Counted from the stretch's first letter, positions 10,738 to 32,386 are shown. The stretch is DNA of 53,965 nt from an uncultured Coriobacteriaceae bacterium (GCA_964510125.1 CAZEAF010000003.1:2039-56003); one strand, 5' to 3'. Made by a program: numbers and translations. The notes: generated from the sequence alone by a model not told the origin.

Positions 10738-10862
10738 TGTTCTCCTCCGAAGGGAACTCGAAGCAGAGGTGTGCCCTCTCGTGCGACACACATGCGGTTT
10801 CTGACCGTGCGCCCCCGCCCTGTCGGCCCGGGGCGCACGGACGTTGGCCTAGAGGCCGAAAA

Positions 10863-11138
10863 CTACTTGGCGCGCTCAACGATCTCAAGCAGACGCCAAC
10901 GCTTGGTGGCGGACAGCGGGCGGGTCTCCATGATGCGGACCGTGTCACCGATGTTGGCCTCGTTGTTCTCGTCGTGGGCGTGGAACTTCTTGGTGGAGGT
11001 CATCATCTTGCCGTACTTGGGATGACGCTTCTGGGTCGTGACCTCGACGGAGATGGACTTGTCGCCCATGCGGGACACCACGACGCCCTGGCGCACCTTG
11101 CGATGGTTGCGGGTTTTGGCCTCGTTTTCCTGTGCCAT
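10863..11138 (-). CDS. rpsQ: 30S ribosomal protein S17
   Basis: [23 protein letters not shown]. Confidence 0.98.
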   Translation of the reverse strand: MAQENEAKTRNHRKVRQGVVVSRMGDKSISVEVTTQKRHPKYGKMMTSTKKFHAHDENNEANIGDTVRIMETRPLSATKRWRLLEIVERAK

Positions 11139-11141
11139 GTG

Positions 11142-11357
11142 TTACTCACCATCCTTTGCAGCCGTAGCCGCGATCTCACGAGCGCGGATCTCGGTCAGGA
11201 TGCGCGCGACGTCCTTCTTGACGAGCTTCACGCGAGCGGTGTTGTCCAGCTGGCCCGTAGCCATCTGGAAGCGCAGGTTGAAGAGCTCGGTGCGGCAATC
11301 CTTGAGCTTGCCCTGGAGCTCCTCGTCGGAAAGCCCCCTAATCTCTGCTGGCTTCAT
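11142..11357 (-). CDS. rpmC: 50S ribosomal protein L29
   Basis: [14 protein letters not shown]...KKDVARILT. Confidence 0.97.
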   Translation of the reverse strand: MKPAEIRGLSDEELQGKLKDCRTELFNLRFQMATGQLDNTARVKLVKKDVARILTEIRAREIAATAAKDGE

Positions 11358-11801
11358 TTAGGCGTTCTCCTTCCCGTCCTGAGCCTGCTCCTCATCGGCA
11401 CGGGAAATGACCTTCGTGGCGATCGGCAGCTTGCTTGCCGCGAGACGGAATGCCTCTTTGGCAATGGCCTCGTCAACGTCACTAATCTCAAACATGATGC
11501 GGCCCGGCTTGACAACGGCTACCCAGCCCTCGGGGTTGCCCTTGCCCTTGCCCATACGGGTCTCGGCAGGCTTCTTGGTGATCGGCTTGTCAGGGAAAAT
11601 CGTAATCCAGACACGGCCGCCACGCTTCATGTAACGGGTCATGGCGACACGAGCGGCCTCAATCTGGCGGTTGGTAATCCAGTGCGCCTCGAGGGCGACA
11701 AGGCCGTAGGTGCCGAAGTTCAGCTTGGTGTGGCCCTTGGCATGGCCCTTCATGGAGCCGCGCATCACCTTGCGGTGTGCGACGCGCTTGGGTGCAAGCA
11801 T
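11358..11801 (-). CDS. rplP: 50S ribosomal protein L16
   Basis: [18 protein letters not shown]. Confidence 0.98.
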   Translation of the reverse strand: MLAPKRVAHRKVMRGSMKGHAKGHTKLNFGTYGLVALEAHWITNRQIEAARVAMTRYMKRGGRVWITIFPDKPITKKPAETRMGKGKGNPEGWVAVVKPGRIMFEISDVDEAIAKEAFRLAASKLPIATKVISRADEEQAQDGKENA

Positions 11802-11804
11802 GAG

Positions 11805-12536
11805 CTACCTCCTTCCTTCGGTACGCTCGCCGCGACCAGCGCCACGGGGACGGCGCGGACGGGACGGGCCCTCGAGGGCCGGGTTGGGAACAGGCTGGCC
11901 CGGGAGCTTCTCGCCCAGGTAAATCCAGACCTTGACGCCGCAGGAGCCCATGATGGTGGCAGCTGTGGCGGTGCCGTAGTCGACGCGGGCGCGCAGAGTG
12001 TGGAGCGGCACGCGGCCCTCGTGGTACCACTCGCGGCGGCTCATCTCGGAGCCACCCAAACGGCCGGCGCACTGGATACGGATGCCCAGGGCCCCGGACT
12101 TGCGGGCGGACTGGACGGCCTTGCGCATGGCGCGGCGGAAGGCCACGCGCTGCTCGAGCTGCTCGGCGATGGACTTGGCCACCAGGGTGGCGTCGAGCTC
12201 GGGGCGCTTAATCTCGATGACCTCGATGGAGAGGTTGCCACCGGTCACGCCGGCGACCTTCTCGAGATCCTTGCGGAGGGTGTCGATTTCGGTGCCCTTG
12301 CGGCCGATAACGATGCCGGGGCGGGCGGTGAAGATGATGACCTTGACCTTGTCGCCGGCACGCTCAATCTCGGTGCGGGACAGGGCGGCGTCCTTGAGGC
12401 GCTCTTCGAGGAAGGCGCGGATGGCCAGGTCGTTCTTGAGGTTGGTCTTGTAGTTCTTCTTGTCCGCGTACCAGCGCGAGCGCCAGTTCTCGGTCATGCC
12501 AAGGCGGAAACCAATCGGGTTAACCTTCTGACCCAT
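11805..12536 (-). CDS. rpsC: 30S ribosomal protein S3
   Basis: [23 protein letters not shown]. Confidence 0.98.
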   Translation of the reverse strand: MGQKVNPIGFRLGMTENWRSRWYADKKNYKTNLKNDLAIRAFLEERLKDAALSRTEIERAGDKVKVIIFTARPGIVIGRKGTEIDTLRKDLEKVAGVTGGNLSIEVIEIKRPELDATLVAKSIAEQLEQRVAFRRAMRKAVQSARKSGALGIRIQCAGRLGGSEMSRREWYHEGRVPLHTLRARVDYGTATAATIMGSCGVKVWIYLGEKLPGQPVPNPALEGPSRPRRPRGAGRGERTEGRR

Positions 12537-12542
12537 GCGCGA

Positions 12543-12908
12543 CTACGCCTCCTTCCGCGGTGCCACGATGACGGTGATGTGGCTCGTACGCTTGTTGATA
12601 CGGGAAGCAGAGCCCTTTGCGCGAGGACGGATGCGCTTGAGCGTGGGGCCCTCGTCCACATAGCAGGTCTTGACGTACAGGTCGTCGGCGCGCATGCCGT
12701 AGTTATTCTCGGCGTTGGCGACGGCGCTGTTCAGGACCTTGAGGATTGTGCCAGCAGCCTCGCGGTTGGAGAACGTGAGAATGGTGCGGGCCCGGTCGAC
12801 GTTCTTGTTGCGGATAAGGTCGATGACAACGCGGACCTTGCGGGGCGAGACGCGCACATAACGGGCAATGGCGCGTGCCTCGGTAACCTTCTGTGCTTCT
12901 TCAGTCAT
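12543..12908 (-). CDS. rplV: 50S ribosomal protein L22
   Basis: [20 protein letters not shown]. Confidence 0.98.
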   Translation of the reverse strand: MTEEAQKVTEARAIARYVRVSPRKVRVVIDLIRNKNVDRARTILTFSNREAAGTILKVLNSAVANAENNYGMRADDLYVKTCYVDEGPTLKRIRPRAKGSASRINKRTSHITVIVAPRKEA

Positions 12909-13180
12909 TATCGTTTGCCCTTATCTGCCGAATGGCCGCGGAACGTACGCGTCGGCGCAAACTCGCCGAGCTTGTGGCCGACCATGGCCTCGGTGATGTA
13001 CACAGGCACGTGCTTGCGCCCATCGTGGACGGCGATGGTGTGGCCGACCATCTCGGGGAAGATGGTCGAGGAACGCGACCAGGTCTTGACGACCTGCTTG
13101 TCGCCGGACTCGTTCATCGCAACGATGCGACCGAGGAGTCGCGGCTCGACATAGGGCCCCTTCTTGAGGCTTCTGCTCAT
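12908..13180 (-). CDS. rpsS: 30S ribosomal protein S19
   Basis: [20 protein letters not shown]. Confidence 0.98.
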   Translation of the reverse strand: MSRSLKKGPYVEPRLLGRIVAMNESGDKQVVKTWSRSSTIFPEMVGHTIAVHDGRKHVPVYITEAMVGHKLGEFAPTRTFRGHSADKGKR

Positions 13181-13207
13181 GTGCTAACCTCCTTCTTCTC
13201 AGTCTCG

Positions 13208-14044
<837 letters not shown>

Positions 14045-14215
14045 CCGAATCTCCTCTCGTCCGATTGCCAGCGAGCGCATGGGTAAGAGGATGACCTCGC
14101 GCTCGTGACGCCGGACAAAACAACGGTACCGGGTGTATCCATATCAAACCCGGTACACAAACGTAGCACCGGAGGTGAAGCACGCCTCCGGTGCCCTTGT
14201 GCCAATGGAAAGTGC

Positions 14216-14515
14216 TTACGCCTGCTTGCCGAAGATCTCGATGGTCTCGCCCTCGGCGATGGTGACGACCGCCTTTTTCCAGGTGCGAGTATAGCCAGGC
14301 TGCTGCCGGACCCGCTTGGGCTTGGGCTTGACCCAGAGAGTATTCACACGCTTCACATGGACGCCGAAAATCTCCTCGACAGCGCGCCTGATGGCGGGCT
14401 TGTCAGCGTCGCGAGCCACCTCGAAGGTGTACTTGTTGAGCTCCATCTTGTCAAAGGCGGCCTCGGTCACGATGGGGCGCAGGATGATGTTGTGAGCATC
14501 GTAGATGTTTGCCAT
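14216..14515 (-). CDS. rplW: 50S ribosomal protein L23
   Basis: IILRPIVTE, WKKAVVT; ATG overlaps rplD stop. Confidence 0.96.
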   Translation of the reverse strand: MANIYDAHNIILRPIVTEAAFDKMELNKYTFEVARDADKPAIRRAVEEIFGVHVKRVNTLWVKPKPKRVRQQPGYTRTWKKAVVTIAEGETIEIFGKQA

Positions 14516-15141
14516 TATGCCAGCACCTCCCCGAGGCGAGTAGCGACGGGCTCGGCGAGCACGAGCACGTTGTTGTCGAGCATGAAATAGGTGTCGATGT
14601 CCATGTCGAACAGGATGAGGACATTGGGGAGGTTGCGAAAGCACAGGGCCGCGTCGATGGCGCCCTCGGGCAGGACGATGGTGACGCGCTTGTCCTCCAT
14701 GCCGAAGGTCTTGAGGAACTTGACAGCGTCCTTGGTGCAGGGCTTCTCGTAGGGGAACTCGTTGATGACGAGGAGCTCGTTGTCAGCTAGCTTGGCAGAC
14801 AGGGCGCTACGCATGGCCAGCTTGATCTCCTTCTTGTTCATCGAGAAGGAGTGGTCGCGGGGGGTCGGGCCAAAGACGACACCGCCGCCACGCCACTGGG
14901 GGGCACGGGTGGAACCCTGACGGGCACGGCCGGTGCCCTTCTGGCGCCAAGGCTTGCGACCGCCGCCGGAGACCTCGTGGCGGTTCTTGACCTTGTGGGT
15001 GCCGCGACGGTCCTTGGCGAGCAGGTAACGGACGCACTGATGCATCACGGGGATGTTGGGGACGATGCCGTAGACAGCATCGGACAGCGCAAGGTCGCTG
15101 ACCTTCTCGCCCGCGATGTTCTTAACTTCAATCGTAGACAT
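14515..15141 (-). CDS. rplD: 50S ribosomal protein L4
   Basis: [15 protein letters not shown]. Confidence 0.98.
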   Translation of the reverse strand: MSTIEVKNIAGEKVSDLALSDAVYGIVPNIPVMHQCVRYLLAKDRRGTHKVKNRHEVSGGGRKPWRQKGTGRARQGSTRAPQWRGGGVVFGPTPRDHSFSMNKKEIKLAMRSALSAKLADNELLVINEFPYEKPCTKDAVKFLKTFGMEDKRVTIVLPEGAIDAALCFRNLPNVLILFDMDIDTYFMLDNNVLVLAEPVATRLGEVLA

Positions 15142-15185
15142 GAGTCAATCTCCTTAAGCCTGATGGGCTGATTTCTCGGGGCCCG

Positions 15186-15806
15186 TTAGGCCATGCGGAT
15201 AGCGACGAGACCGCCCTTGGCGCCCGGCACCGCACCCTTGACAAGAATGAGGTTCTGCTCCTCGTCGACGCGCACAACCTCGAGGTTGCGAACCGTGACG
15301 CGCTCGTTGCCCATGTGGCCGGGCATCTTGACGCCCTTGTGGACGCGGCTGGGCGTGGAGCACTGGCCGACGGAGCCGTGGGCGCGGTAGTTGTGGGAGC
15401 CGTGCGTCTTGGGGCCGGCGTTGAAGTTCCAGCGGCGAATAGTGCCCTGGAAGCCCTTGCCCTTGGAGCGGCCGATGACGTCGACGGTCTTGACATCGGC
15501 GAAGTTGGCGACGGTCACAAGCTCGCCCACCTCGTGATGCTCGCCCTCGGGCACGTGAACCTCGCGCAGATAGCGGACAGGCTTGACGCCCGCCTTGGCG
15601 AAGTGGCCCTTGAGGGGCTTCGTGACGTTCTTCTCCTTGATGTCGCCAAAGCCAATCTGGACGGCGCAGTAGCCGTCAGACTCTTTGGTCTTGACCTGCG
15701 AGATAGCGCAGGGGCCGGCCAGGATGACGGTGACGGGGACGACGTTGTCGTCGCTGTCCCACACCTGCGTCATCCCGATCTTGCGGCCGAGAATCGTGTT
15801 GATCAT
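15186..15806 (-). CDS. rplC: 50S ribosomal protein L3
   Basis: GRKIGMTQ, SKGKGFQG, MPGHMG. Confidence 0.98.
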   Translation of the reverse strand: MINTILGRKIGMTQVWDSDDNVVPVTVILAGPCAISQVKTKESDGYCAVQIGFGDIKEKNVTKPLKGHFAKAGVKPVRYLREVHVPEGEHHEVGELVTVANFADVKTVDVIGRSKGKGFQGTIRRWNFNAGPKTHGSHNYRAHGSVGQCSTPSRVHKGVKMPGHMGNERVTVRNLEVVRVDEEQNLILVKGAVPGAKGGLVAIRMA

Positions 15807-15895
15807 ACCAATCCTCACCACTCGTGCGGTCTTGGAACTCAGAGGATGGCCCTTCCATCCCCACCCAGCGGACCGCGGCTTACAAAATGCCCAGC

Positions 15896-15938
15896 AAAAG
15901 GGCACGATAGTGCAGTATACACCGCACTATCGTGCCCT
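15896..15938 (-). terminator. Terminator-like hairpin between rpsJ and rplC
   Basis: AGGGCACGATAGTGC/GCACTATCGTGCCCT 15-bp stem ending in TTTT on minus strand. Confidence 0.65.
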
Positions 15939-15956
15939 CAGACCCAGCAACTGGTT

Positions 15957-16265
15957 TTAGAGCTTAATCTCAATATCTACACCGGCCGGCAGGTCGAGAC
16001 GCATCAGCGAGTCAACCGTAGAGGGCGTGGGGTCGAGGATGTCGATGAGGCGCTTGTGGGTGCGCATCTCGAACTGCTCGCGGGAGTCCTTGTTCACGTG
16101 CGGCGAGCGGATAACCGTGTAGAGCTTGCGCTCGGTGGGCAGCGGAATGGGGCCGGACACGCGGGCACCGGTCTGCAGGGCGGTGTCGATGATGAGCTTG
16201 CTGGACTGGTCCACGACCTCGTGGTCGAAGCCCTTCAGGCGGATCCGAATCTTCTGGGAAGCCAA
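15957..16265 (-). CDS. rpsJ: 30S ribosomal protein S10
   Basis: [29 protein letters not shown]; TTG start. Confidence 0.98.
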   Translation of the reverse strand: MASQKIRIRLKGFDHEVVDQSSKLIIDTALQTGARVSGPIPLPTERKLYTVIRSPHVNKDSREQFEMRTHKRLIDILDPTPSTVDSLMRLDLPAGVDIEIKL

Positions 16266-16339
16266 CGTATACCTCCATAGCTAAGGGGCGGGCCGCTTCC
16301 GGGGCGACCCTCCCTCTTGTACATCGGGTGCAGGCGGCC

Positions 16340-18442
<2,103 letters not shown>

Positions 18443-18502
18443 ATTGGCTTCGGTTCCCTTCTTGGCCCACCCGCGCCTTGCGACAGGGCCAGCGGTTCGC
18501 GA

Positions 18503-18973
18503 TTAGAAGCGGTAGTGCGAGAAGGCGCGGTTGGACTCGGCCATCTTGTAGAGGTCCTCGCGACGCTTGACGGAGGCGCCCACGCCGTTGGAGGCGTCAA
18601 GAATCTCGTTGGCCAGACGCTCGGTCATGGTCTTCTCCTTGCGGTTGCGCGAGAAGTTGACAATCCAGCGGATAGCCAGGGCGGTGGCGCGGCGGGAGTT
18701 GACCTCCATGGGCACCTGGTAGGTGGCGCCGCCGACGCGCTTGGGCTTGACCTCCAGGGTCGGGCGGACGTTGTCCATGGCCTTGCGGAAGGTGGCCACG
18801 GGGTCGCCGCCAGACTTCTCGCTGACGATGTCGAAGGCGCCGTAGACGATGCGCTCGGCAAGGGACTTCTTGCCGTCCAGCATCACCTTGTTGATGAGCT
18901 GGGTGACCAGGCGGTTGTTGTAGACGAAATCCGGCTGGATCTCGCGACGGTAATTTCCTGCACGACGAGACAT
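18503..18973 (-). CDS. rpsG: 30S ribosomal protein S7
   Basis: [23 protein letters not shown]. Confidence 0.98.
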   Translation of the reverse strand: MSRRAGNYRREIQPDFVYNNRLVTQLINKVMLDGKKSLAERIVYGAFDIVSEKSGGDPVATFRKAMDNVRPTLEVKPKRVGGATYQVPMEVNSRRATALAIRWIVNFSRNRKEKTMTERLANEILDASNGVGASVKRREDLYKMAESNRAFSHYRF

Positions 18974-19044
18974 GTGCGTACACTCCTCAATGGGTCGGTG
19001 CCTGCGCTAAGCGCGGACGGATGGGAACTGCGAGCCTTGCGCGC

Positions 19045-19419
19045 TTAGTTCTTGGGGCGCTTGGCTCCATAGCGCGAACGGGCCTGCTTACGGTTCTGCA
19101 CGGCTGCGCAGTCGTAGGCGCCGCGGATAATCTTGTAGCGCACACCAGGCAGGTCACGGACGCGACCGCCACGGATGAGCACGATGGAGTGCTCCTGGAG
19201 GTTGTGGCCCTCGCCGGGGATGTAGGCCGTGGCCTCAATCCCGTTGACGAGACGGACACGGGCGACCTTGCGAAGCGCCGAGTTGGGCTTCTTGGGGCTG
19301 GTCGTGAAGACACGGGTGCAGACGGCGCGCTTCTGGGGGTTGCCCTTCAGAGCGGCGTTCTTCGACTTGGCGCTGACCTTCTTGCGCCCCTGACGAACGA
19401 GCTGGTTGATGGTAGGCAA
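19045..19419 (-). CDS. rpsL: 30S ribosomal protein S12
   Basis: [27 protein letters not shown]; TTG start. Confidence 0.98.
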   Translation of the reverse strand: MPTINQLVRQGRKKVSAKSKNAALKGNPQKRAVCTRVFTTSPKKPNSALRKVARVRLVNGIEATAYIPGEGHNLQEHSIVLIRGGRVRDLPGVRYKIIRGAYDCAAVQNRKQARSRYGAKRPKN

Positions 19420-19490
19420 AGCTTTACTCCTTCACGCACTGGATACGATTTGCTCGCGACGGCGACAGCCGCCAGTCAAGCCGATTGTGC

Positions 19491-19520
19491 ACATTACACG
19501 CCGACAAGGGCGTAAGTCAA
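19491..19520 (-). promoter_or_regulatory. Putative housekeeping-sigma promoter of str operon
   Basis: TTGACT-N18-TAATGT upstream of rpsL. Confidence 0.5.
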
Positions 19521-19630
19521 AACGCCACGTAGCCGGGCGTATCCATCCCCCCTGAGAAGAGAGCTGGTATAAGCCGAGGTCAGATGGGGTGTCGCTCGAG
19601 TCTTCAGAATCCTGCTCTCGTCACGCCCAC

Positions 19631-19674
19631 AAGAAGCGCCCCGTCTGCATGGCAAATCCACACAGGCGGGGCGC
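19631..19674 (-). terminator. Putative terminator after rpoC
   Basis: GCGCCCCG(T/C)CTG inverted repeat followed by TTCTT on minus strand. Confidence 0.5.
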
Positions 19675-19710
19675 CGAAAAACCGAGAAGGATGTGTCTCC
19701 TACCCTGCGC

Positions 19711-24270
<4,560 letters not shown>

Positions 24271-24275
24271 AGCTG

Positions 24276-27821
<3,546 letters not shown>

Positions 27822-27873
27822 CAGGCCATTCCTCCTTCGAGGTAGAGATTTGGCGTATTATTCGCAGTGTTCA

Positions 27874-27903
27874 AAAGTACTCGATACGGCCTTGACAAGT
27901 CAA
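27874..27903 (-). promoter_or_regulatory. Putative rpoBC promoter
   Basis: TTGACT-N18-TACTTT in AT-richer spacer; -35 sits within palindrome TTGAC-N2-GTCAA. Confidence 0.5.
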
Positions 27904-27999
27904 CGCTTTGTTTTGACAGACCCAAAGCATCGATGCAAAGTCCATACAATTTACGCCGAGGGCATGACAGCCGGTCCTACCTGCTGCTCAGTCTGAGGC

Positions 28000-29625
28000 T
28001 CAGGCCGGGCCGTAGCCCTCGAAGGGGCAACCCAGAAGGCCGCAGAGTATGCGCGCGTCCGGCCCGTAGGGTTCGGCGCCGTGCCCGCGCTCCATGCTCT
28101 GCTCGGCTCCCTTGCCCGCCAAGACGACGACCGCCGGCGCCCGGGCCTGGCCGACTGCCAGCCCGATGGCCTGCTCGCGGTCCGCCACGACGTCATAGGT
28201 CCCACCTGCGGCGCGGACCGCCTCCCCTATCTCGGCGCAAATCAGGCCGACGTCCACGCCGGCCGGCTCGTCCTCGGTGAGGATGACCCGGTCGGCCAGC
28301 CGCCCTGCAACCCTGCCCAGGCCCTCCCGCCGGTCCAGCCCCCGCTTGCCGCAGGAGCCGAAAACTACCGTCAGCTGCCGGCCGGGGAACTCCTCGCGCA
28401 CGCAGGAGAGCAGGGCCTGCATGCTCATTTCGTTGTGGGCGTAGTCCACGATGCCCACTAGGCTCTTGTCCCGGTTGGCGTACATCTCCATGCGGCCCGG
28501 GACCCGCGCCCGCGCAAGGCCCGCCTCCATGGCGGCGTGGTCCACACCCAAGGCTTCTAGGGCGGCTATGGCAGCCACGGCGTTGTCCACGTTGAAAGAG
28601 CCTAGGGCCGGCAGGGTGGGACTGAGGACGCCGCGGGGTGTCTCCACGGTCAGGCGCCACTCCCCCAGGCCCGCGTGGTCCAAGGCCACAAGGCGGACGT
28701 CGGCGGGCCGGCTTCCGTCGGGCGGCTGGGCCACCCCGTCGGACGCCCTCCCCTTCCTGGGTTCTTGACGGGCCAGAAAGGCCTGGTAAGTGAGGACGCG
28801 GCCACAGTTGGCCCGGGCGGCGGCCAGGACCCTGTCGAGGTGGTCGCAGGAAAGGTTGACGACGCCGCAGTCCGACTGGTCAAAGATGCGCAGCTTCGAG
28901 GAGAAGTAGTCCTCGAAGGTCGGGTGCTCGTCGGGGCTGATGTGGTCCTCGCCGATGTTGGTGAAGACCCCCACCGCGAAGTGCGTGCCCAGGGTCCTGT
29001 CGTACTTGAGACCCTGGGAGGAGGCCTCCATGACCGCCACGTCGCAGCCGGCCGCCACAGCGCGGGCCAGGTAGCGCTGAAGCTCCACCGACTCGGGCGT
29101 CGTGTTGTGGGAGGGGCCGCGGCTCAGCCCGTCGTCGACGACTACGCCGGTGAGAAGGGCAGAGCGGGGCATGCGGGCGTCGGGGCCGGCGGGGCGGGCC
29201 CGCAGCATGGCGTCGATATAGAAGGCTGTCGTGGTCTTGCCCTTGGTCCCAGTCAGGGCGACAAGGCTCAGGGCCCGGGAGGGATTGTCAAAGAAGAAGC
29301 AGGCCGCCAAGGCCATGGCTTTTCGCACGTCGGAGACGACGATGCCGGGGATACCGGCCGCAGGAAAGGCCTGCTGGGCCAGGTAGGCGCAGGCGCCTCT
29401 CTGGGCAGCCATGTCCAGGTAGGCGAGCTTGAAGGCGGCGCCCTTGCAGACGAAGAGAGCGCCTGGCTCGACGGCGCGCGAGTCAAAGGTTACGTCGGTC
29501 AAAGCTAGGCCCGCGACGGCGTCTTTGGGGCAGGGCGAGCCGTCCGGCCCCACGAGGCCCAGGACCTGGACCGTCTCCTCCCGCTCGAGTGCCTCCACAA
29601 CAGAGCCCAGCGTCTTGACCGCCAT
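28000..29625 (-). CDS. murE: Mur ligase, MurE-type (UDP-MurNAc-tripeptide synthetase)
   Basis: DSR, TGTKGKTT P-loop, TTPES, MEASSQ, FTNIGEDH, VPGRME, VDYAHN, LAGKG. Confidence 0.85.
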   Translation of the reverse strand: MAVKTLGSVVEALEREETVQVLGLVGPDGSPCPKDAVAGLALTDVTFDSRAVEPGALFVCKGAAFKLAYLDMAAQRGACAYLAQQAFPAAGIPGIVVSDVRKAMALAACFFFDNPSRALSLVALTGTKGKTTTAFYIDAMLRARPAGPDARMPRSALLTGVVVDDGLSRGPSHNTTPESVELQRYLARAVAAGCDVAVMEASSQGLKYDRTLGTHFAVGVFTNIGEDHISPDEHPTFEDYFSSKLRIFDQSDCGVVNLSCDHLDRVLAAARANCGRVLTYQAFLARQEPRKGRASDGVAQPPDGSRPADVRLVALDHAGLGEWRLTVETPRGVLSPTLPALGSFNVDNAVAAIAALEALGVDHAAMEAGLARARVPGRMEMYANRDKSLVGIVDYAHNEMSMQALLSCVREEFPGRQLTVVFGSCGKRGLDRREGLGRVAGRLADRVILTEDEPAGVDVGLICAEIGEAVRAAGGTYDVVADREQAIGLAVGQARAPAVVVLAGKGAEQSMERGHGAEPYGPDARILCGLLGCPFEGYGPA

Positions 29626-29677
29626 GATCCCTCCCCTTCACGGGCGTGGTGCCCGCATAAGCATAGCCCGAAATGAG

Positions 29678-29709
29678 AAAAGCGGGGCCGGGCAGACGCC
29701 CGGCCCCGC
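29678..29709 (-). terminator. Intrinsic terminator after rplL
   Basis: GCGGGGCCGGGC/GCCCGGCCCCGC 12-bp stem plus TTTT. Confidence 0.8.
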
Positions 29710-29742
29710 CGGCTTGGCTTTGCCTCGTTGGGAAGCGAGAGG

Positions 29743-30108
29743 CTACTTGAGGGTGACGGTGGCGCCGGCTTCCTCAAGCTGCTTCTTGGCGTCCTCGGCC
29801 TTGTCCTTGGCCACAGCGGTGAGCAGGGTGGTGGGGCAGCCGTCGACGGCGTCCTTGGCCTCCTTGAGGCCAAGGCCGGTCAGGCCGCGGACGACCTTGA
29901 TGACGCTGATCTTCGTGTCGCCGAAAGCCTCGAGGACGACGTCGAACTCGGTCTTCTCCTCCTCGGCAGGGGCAGCGGCGCCGACCATGGCCACGGGGGC
30001 GGCGGCAGAGACGCCGAAGACCTCCTCCATCTCCTTGACGAGCTCGGAGAGCTCGAGGGCCGGCATCTCCTTGACGGCGTTGATGATGTCCTCATGGGTA
30101 AGAGCCAT
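29743..30108 (-). CDS. rplL: 50S ribosomal protein L7/L12
   Basis: [19 protein letters not shown]. Confidence 0.98.
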   Translation of the reverse strand: MALTHEDIINAVKEMPALELSELVKEMEEVFGVSAAAPVAMVGAAAPAEEEKTEFDVVLEAFGDTKISVIKVVRGLTGLGLKEAKDAVDGCPTTLLTAVAKDKAEDAKKQLEEAGATVTLK

Positions 30109-30196
30109 GATGAAACTCCTTCTTTACAAACAGGGCATCGCGGGTGCGGTGCGTCGGTGCAGGGACGAACGGTGCGCAGAAGGCCGGGACGGCAGA

Positions 30197-30694
30197 CTAG
30201 GCAGCCGGCTCCTCGCCCTTCTTCTCGCTGATGAGCTGGATGGCACGCGCGAACTGCGACATCGGGTTCTGCATCGTGCGGAGGAGCTGGGAAAGCAGCT
30301 GCTCGCGCGTGGGCAGGTCGGCGATCTTGTTGGCAGTCTCGGCGTCGATAGCCTTGCCGTCAGCGTAGCCGCCCTTCAGCTCGGGGAGCTTGAGCGCCTT
30401 AGCGGTGTCCTTGATGACCTTGGCCGGGGCGGCGAGGTCGCCGTTGTAGAACACGTAGGCGTTCGTGCCCTCCAGCATCTCGTCCATCTTGGGCAGGCCG
30501 GCGTTCTCCAGGCACATCCGGAAGATGTTGTTCTTGAACACCGTGCAGGTGGCGTCGCACTCGCGGAGCTTCTTGCGCATCTCGCCGAGCTGCTTCACCG
30601 TCAGACCGCGATAGTCGATGATGTAGAAGCCCTGGGACTCCTTGAGCAGCTCGTCAATCTTTGCGGCCGCCTCAATCTTCTTCTGAGTAGGCAT
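30197..30694 (-). CDS. rplJ: 50S ribosomal protein L10
   Basis: DYRGLTV, VFKNN, LPTREQLL; ATG at 30694 after GGAGG. Confidence 0.96.
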   Translation of the reverse strand: MPTQKKIEAAAKIDELLKESQGFYIIDYRGLTVKQLGEMRKKLRECDATCTVFKNNIFRMCLENAGLPKMDEMLEGTNAYVFYNGDLAAPAKVIKDTAKALKLPELKGGYADGKAIDAETANKIADLPTREQLLSQLLRTMQNPMSQFARAIQLISEKKGEEPAA

Positions 30695-30749
30695 ATGTTG
30701 CACCTCCTTTCCTCGTGCGCGATCGGCCACGTGACAAAAGGGTCGGTCG

Positions 30750-30875
30750 CACCGAGGAAAAAAGGTACGGCCCCCATCTGCCGGGCAGGTGGGGGCCGTG
30801 AAGCTTGTTTCTTCTCGGACCACCTCGGCTGGCGGGTTGCCCCATTAAGCCTTTCGGCACCGACTGTCTCTGGCA
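30750..30875 (-). promoter_or_regulatory. L10 leader (L10/L12 autoregulatory RNA) followed by a terminator-like hairpin
   Basis: GAGACAGUCGG...GCCGAAAGGC-UUAAU...GCCGAGG resembles the L10_leader pattern; hairpin ACGGCCCCCA/TGGGGGCCGT plus T6 at 30758-30799. Confidence 0.75.
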
Positions 30876-31014
30876 GCAGATCGTGCATGTTGATGTGTGC
30901 CCTTGCGAGCACGTCCTTTAGAATCACAAATGGCGTGCCAGCTGTCAACCCTTGGGGGGTGAGACGGGCACGCCATTCATAGAACGGGCGCAAAAGAACG
31001 GCTATGACCTCAGC

Positions 31015-31743
31015 TTACTCGGCGGTCTCGAGGGTCTTGGCCTCCAAGAAGTTGTGGGAAATCATCGGGTCTAGCTTGATGCCGGGGCCCATCGTGGTGC
31101 TGACGGCGATGGACTTGAGGTACTTGCCCTTGGCCGTGGACGGCTTGACGCGAATAATCTCGTTGTAGAGGACGCTGTAGTTCTCGACCAGCTGCTCGAC
31201 GGAGAAGGACGCCTTGCCGATGACCACGTGGGCGATGCCGTAGCGGTCGGCGCGGTACTCGACGCGGCCGGCCTTGAGCTCCTTGATCATCTTGGCCACG
31301 TCCATGGTGACCGTACCCAGCTTGGGGTTGGGCATGAGGCCGCGGGGGCCGAGGATCTTGCCCAGACGGCCGACCTTGGCCATCATGTTAGGAGTGGCGA
31401 TGGCGGCATCGAAGTTGATTTCGCCAGCCTGAATCTTCTGGACGAGCTCGTCGGAGCCCACCAGGTCGGCGCCGGCCTCCTCGGCCTCGCGGGCCTTGTC
31501 GCCCTCGGCAAAGACGGCGACGCGGACGGTCTTGCCCGTGCCGTTGGGCAGGGAGATGGAGCCACGGATGTTCTGGTCTGCCTTGCGGGTGTCGACGCCG
31601 AGGCGGAAGTGGACCTCGACGGTCTCGTCGAACTTGGCAGAGGCCTCCTTGGCGAGGGCCATGGCTTCAGCCGGGGCATAGAGGTGGCTGGAGTCAACCT
31701 TCTCCGCGAGGGCGCGGAAACGCTTGCCGTGCTTCTGGGTCAT
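31015..31743 (-). CDS. rplA: 50S ribosomal protein L1
   Basis: [28 protein letters not shown]. Confidence 0.98.
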   Translation of the reverse strand: MTQKHGKRFRALAEKVDSSHLYAPAEAMALAKEASAKFDETVEVHFRLGVDTRKADQNIRGSISLPNGTGKTVRVAVFAEGDKAREAEEAGADLVGSDELVQKIQAGEINFDAAIATPNMMAKVGRLGKILGPRGLMPNPKLGTVTMDVAKMIKELKAGRVEYRADRYGIAHVVIGKASFSVEQLVENYSVLYNEIIRVKPSTAKGKYLKSIAVSTTMGPGIKLDPMISHNFLEAKTLETAE

Positions 31744-31757
31744 TTCTATCTCCTTCA

Positions 31758-31786
31758 GTGGTAGTGGCGAGCTGATGCTCTCCCAC
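31758..31786 (-). promoter_or_regulatory. Putative L1-binding autoregulatory RNA site upstream of rplA
   Basis: GUGG-GA-GAGC(AUCA)GCUC-GCCACUA-CCAC asymmetric-loop hairpin immediately 5' of the rplA SD, matching the known L1 operator layout. Confidence 0.65.
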
Positions 31787-31834
31787 CGGACTCACGCCGA
31801 CGCGGCGCGCCGACGTCTGACAACGAACGGGTGC

Positions 31835-32269
31835 CTACTCGGCAGGCTCGACCTCGACGCCCATGGAGCGGGCGGTGCCGGCAATCACGCGCATGGCGGC
31901 CTCGACGCTGTTGGCGTTGAGGTCGGGCATCTTGGTCTCGGCAATCTGGCGGAGCTGCTCCTGGGTCAGGGTGCCCACCTTGGTGGACTTGGGCGAAGCC
32001 GAACCGCTCTTGAGGCCCAGGGCCTCCTTGATCAGGACGGCCGCAGGCGGGGTCTTGGTTATGAAGGTAAAGCTCTTGTCCTCATAAACCGTAATCTCGA
32101 CAGGGATGATGGTGCCCGACTGCTCCTTGGTGCGGTCGTTGAACTCCTTGCAGAACGCCATGATGTTGACGCCCTGCGAGCCGAGCGCGGGACCGACGGG
32201 CGGCGCGGGGTTGGCGGCACCAGCCGGAATCTGGAGCTTGATGAAGCCCGATACCTTTTTCTTAGCCAT
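31835..32269 (-). CDS. rplK: 50S ribosomal protein L11
   Basis: [19 protein letters not shown]. Confidence 0.98.
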   Translation of the reverse strand: MAKKKVSGFIKLQIPAGAANPAPPVGPALGSQGVNIMAFCKEFNDRTKEQSGTIIPVEITVYEDKSFTFITKTPPAAVLIKEALGLKSGSASPKSTKVGTLTQEQLRQIAETKMPDLNANSVEAAMRVIAGTARSMGVEVEPAE

Positions 32270-32386
32270 TGCACTTCCTCTTTCATAGCCGTATCAACGT
32301 ACTTATCGGCCGGCTGCCCGGCCTTTCATCAACGCGCCCGCATGAGAAGCCCCCTCGCAGTGGGCATGCAGTCGCGAGAGATGACG

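Noticed and set aside
10737-13154. 805-aa plus-strand ORF and many other long antisense ORFs (e.g. 1363-2919, 19693-21762, 22141-24585, 24765-26723, 40909-43113, 47647-49389)
   Set aside because: They are shadows of highly biased GC-rich genes on the opposite strand, where stop codons are rare. No recognisable motifs.
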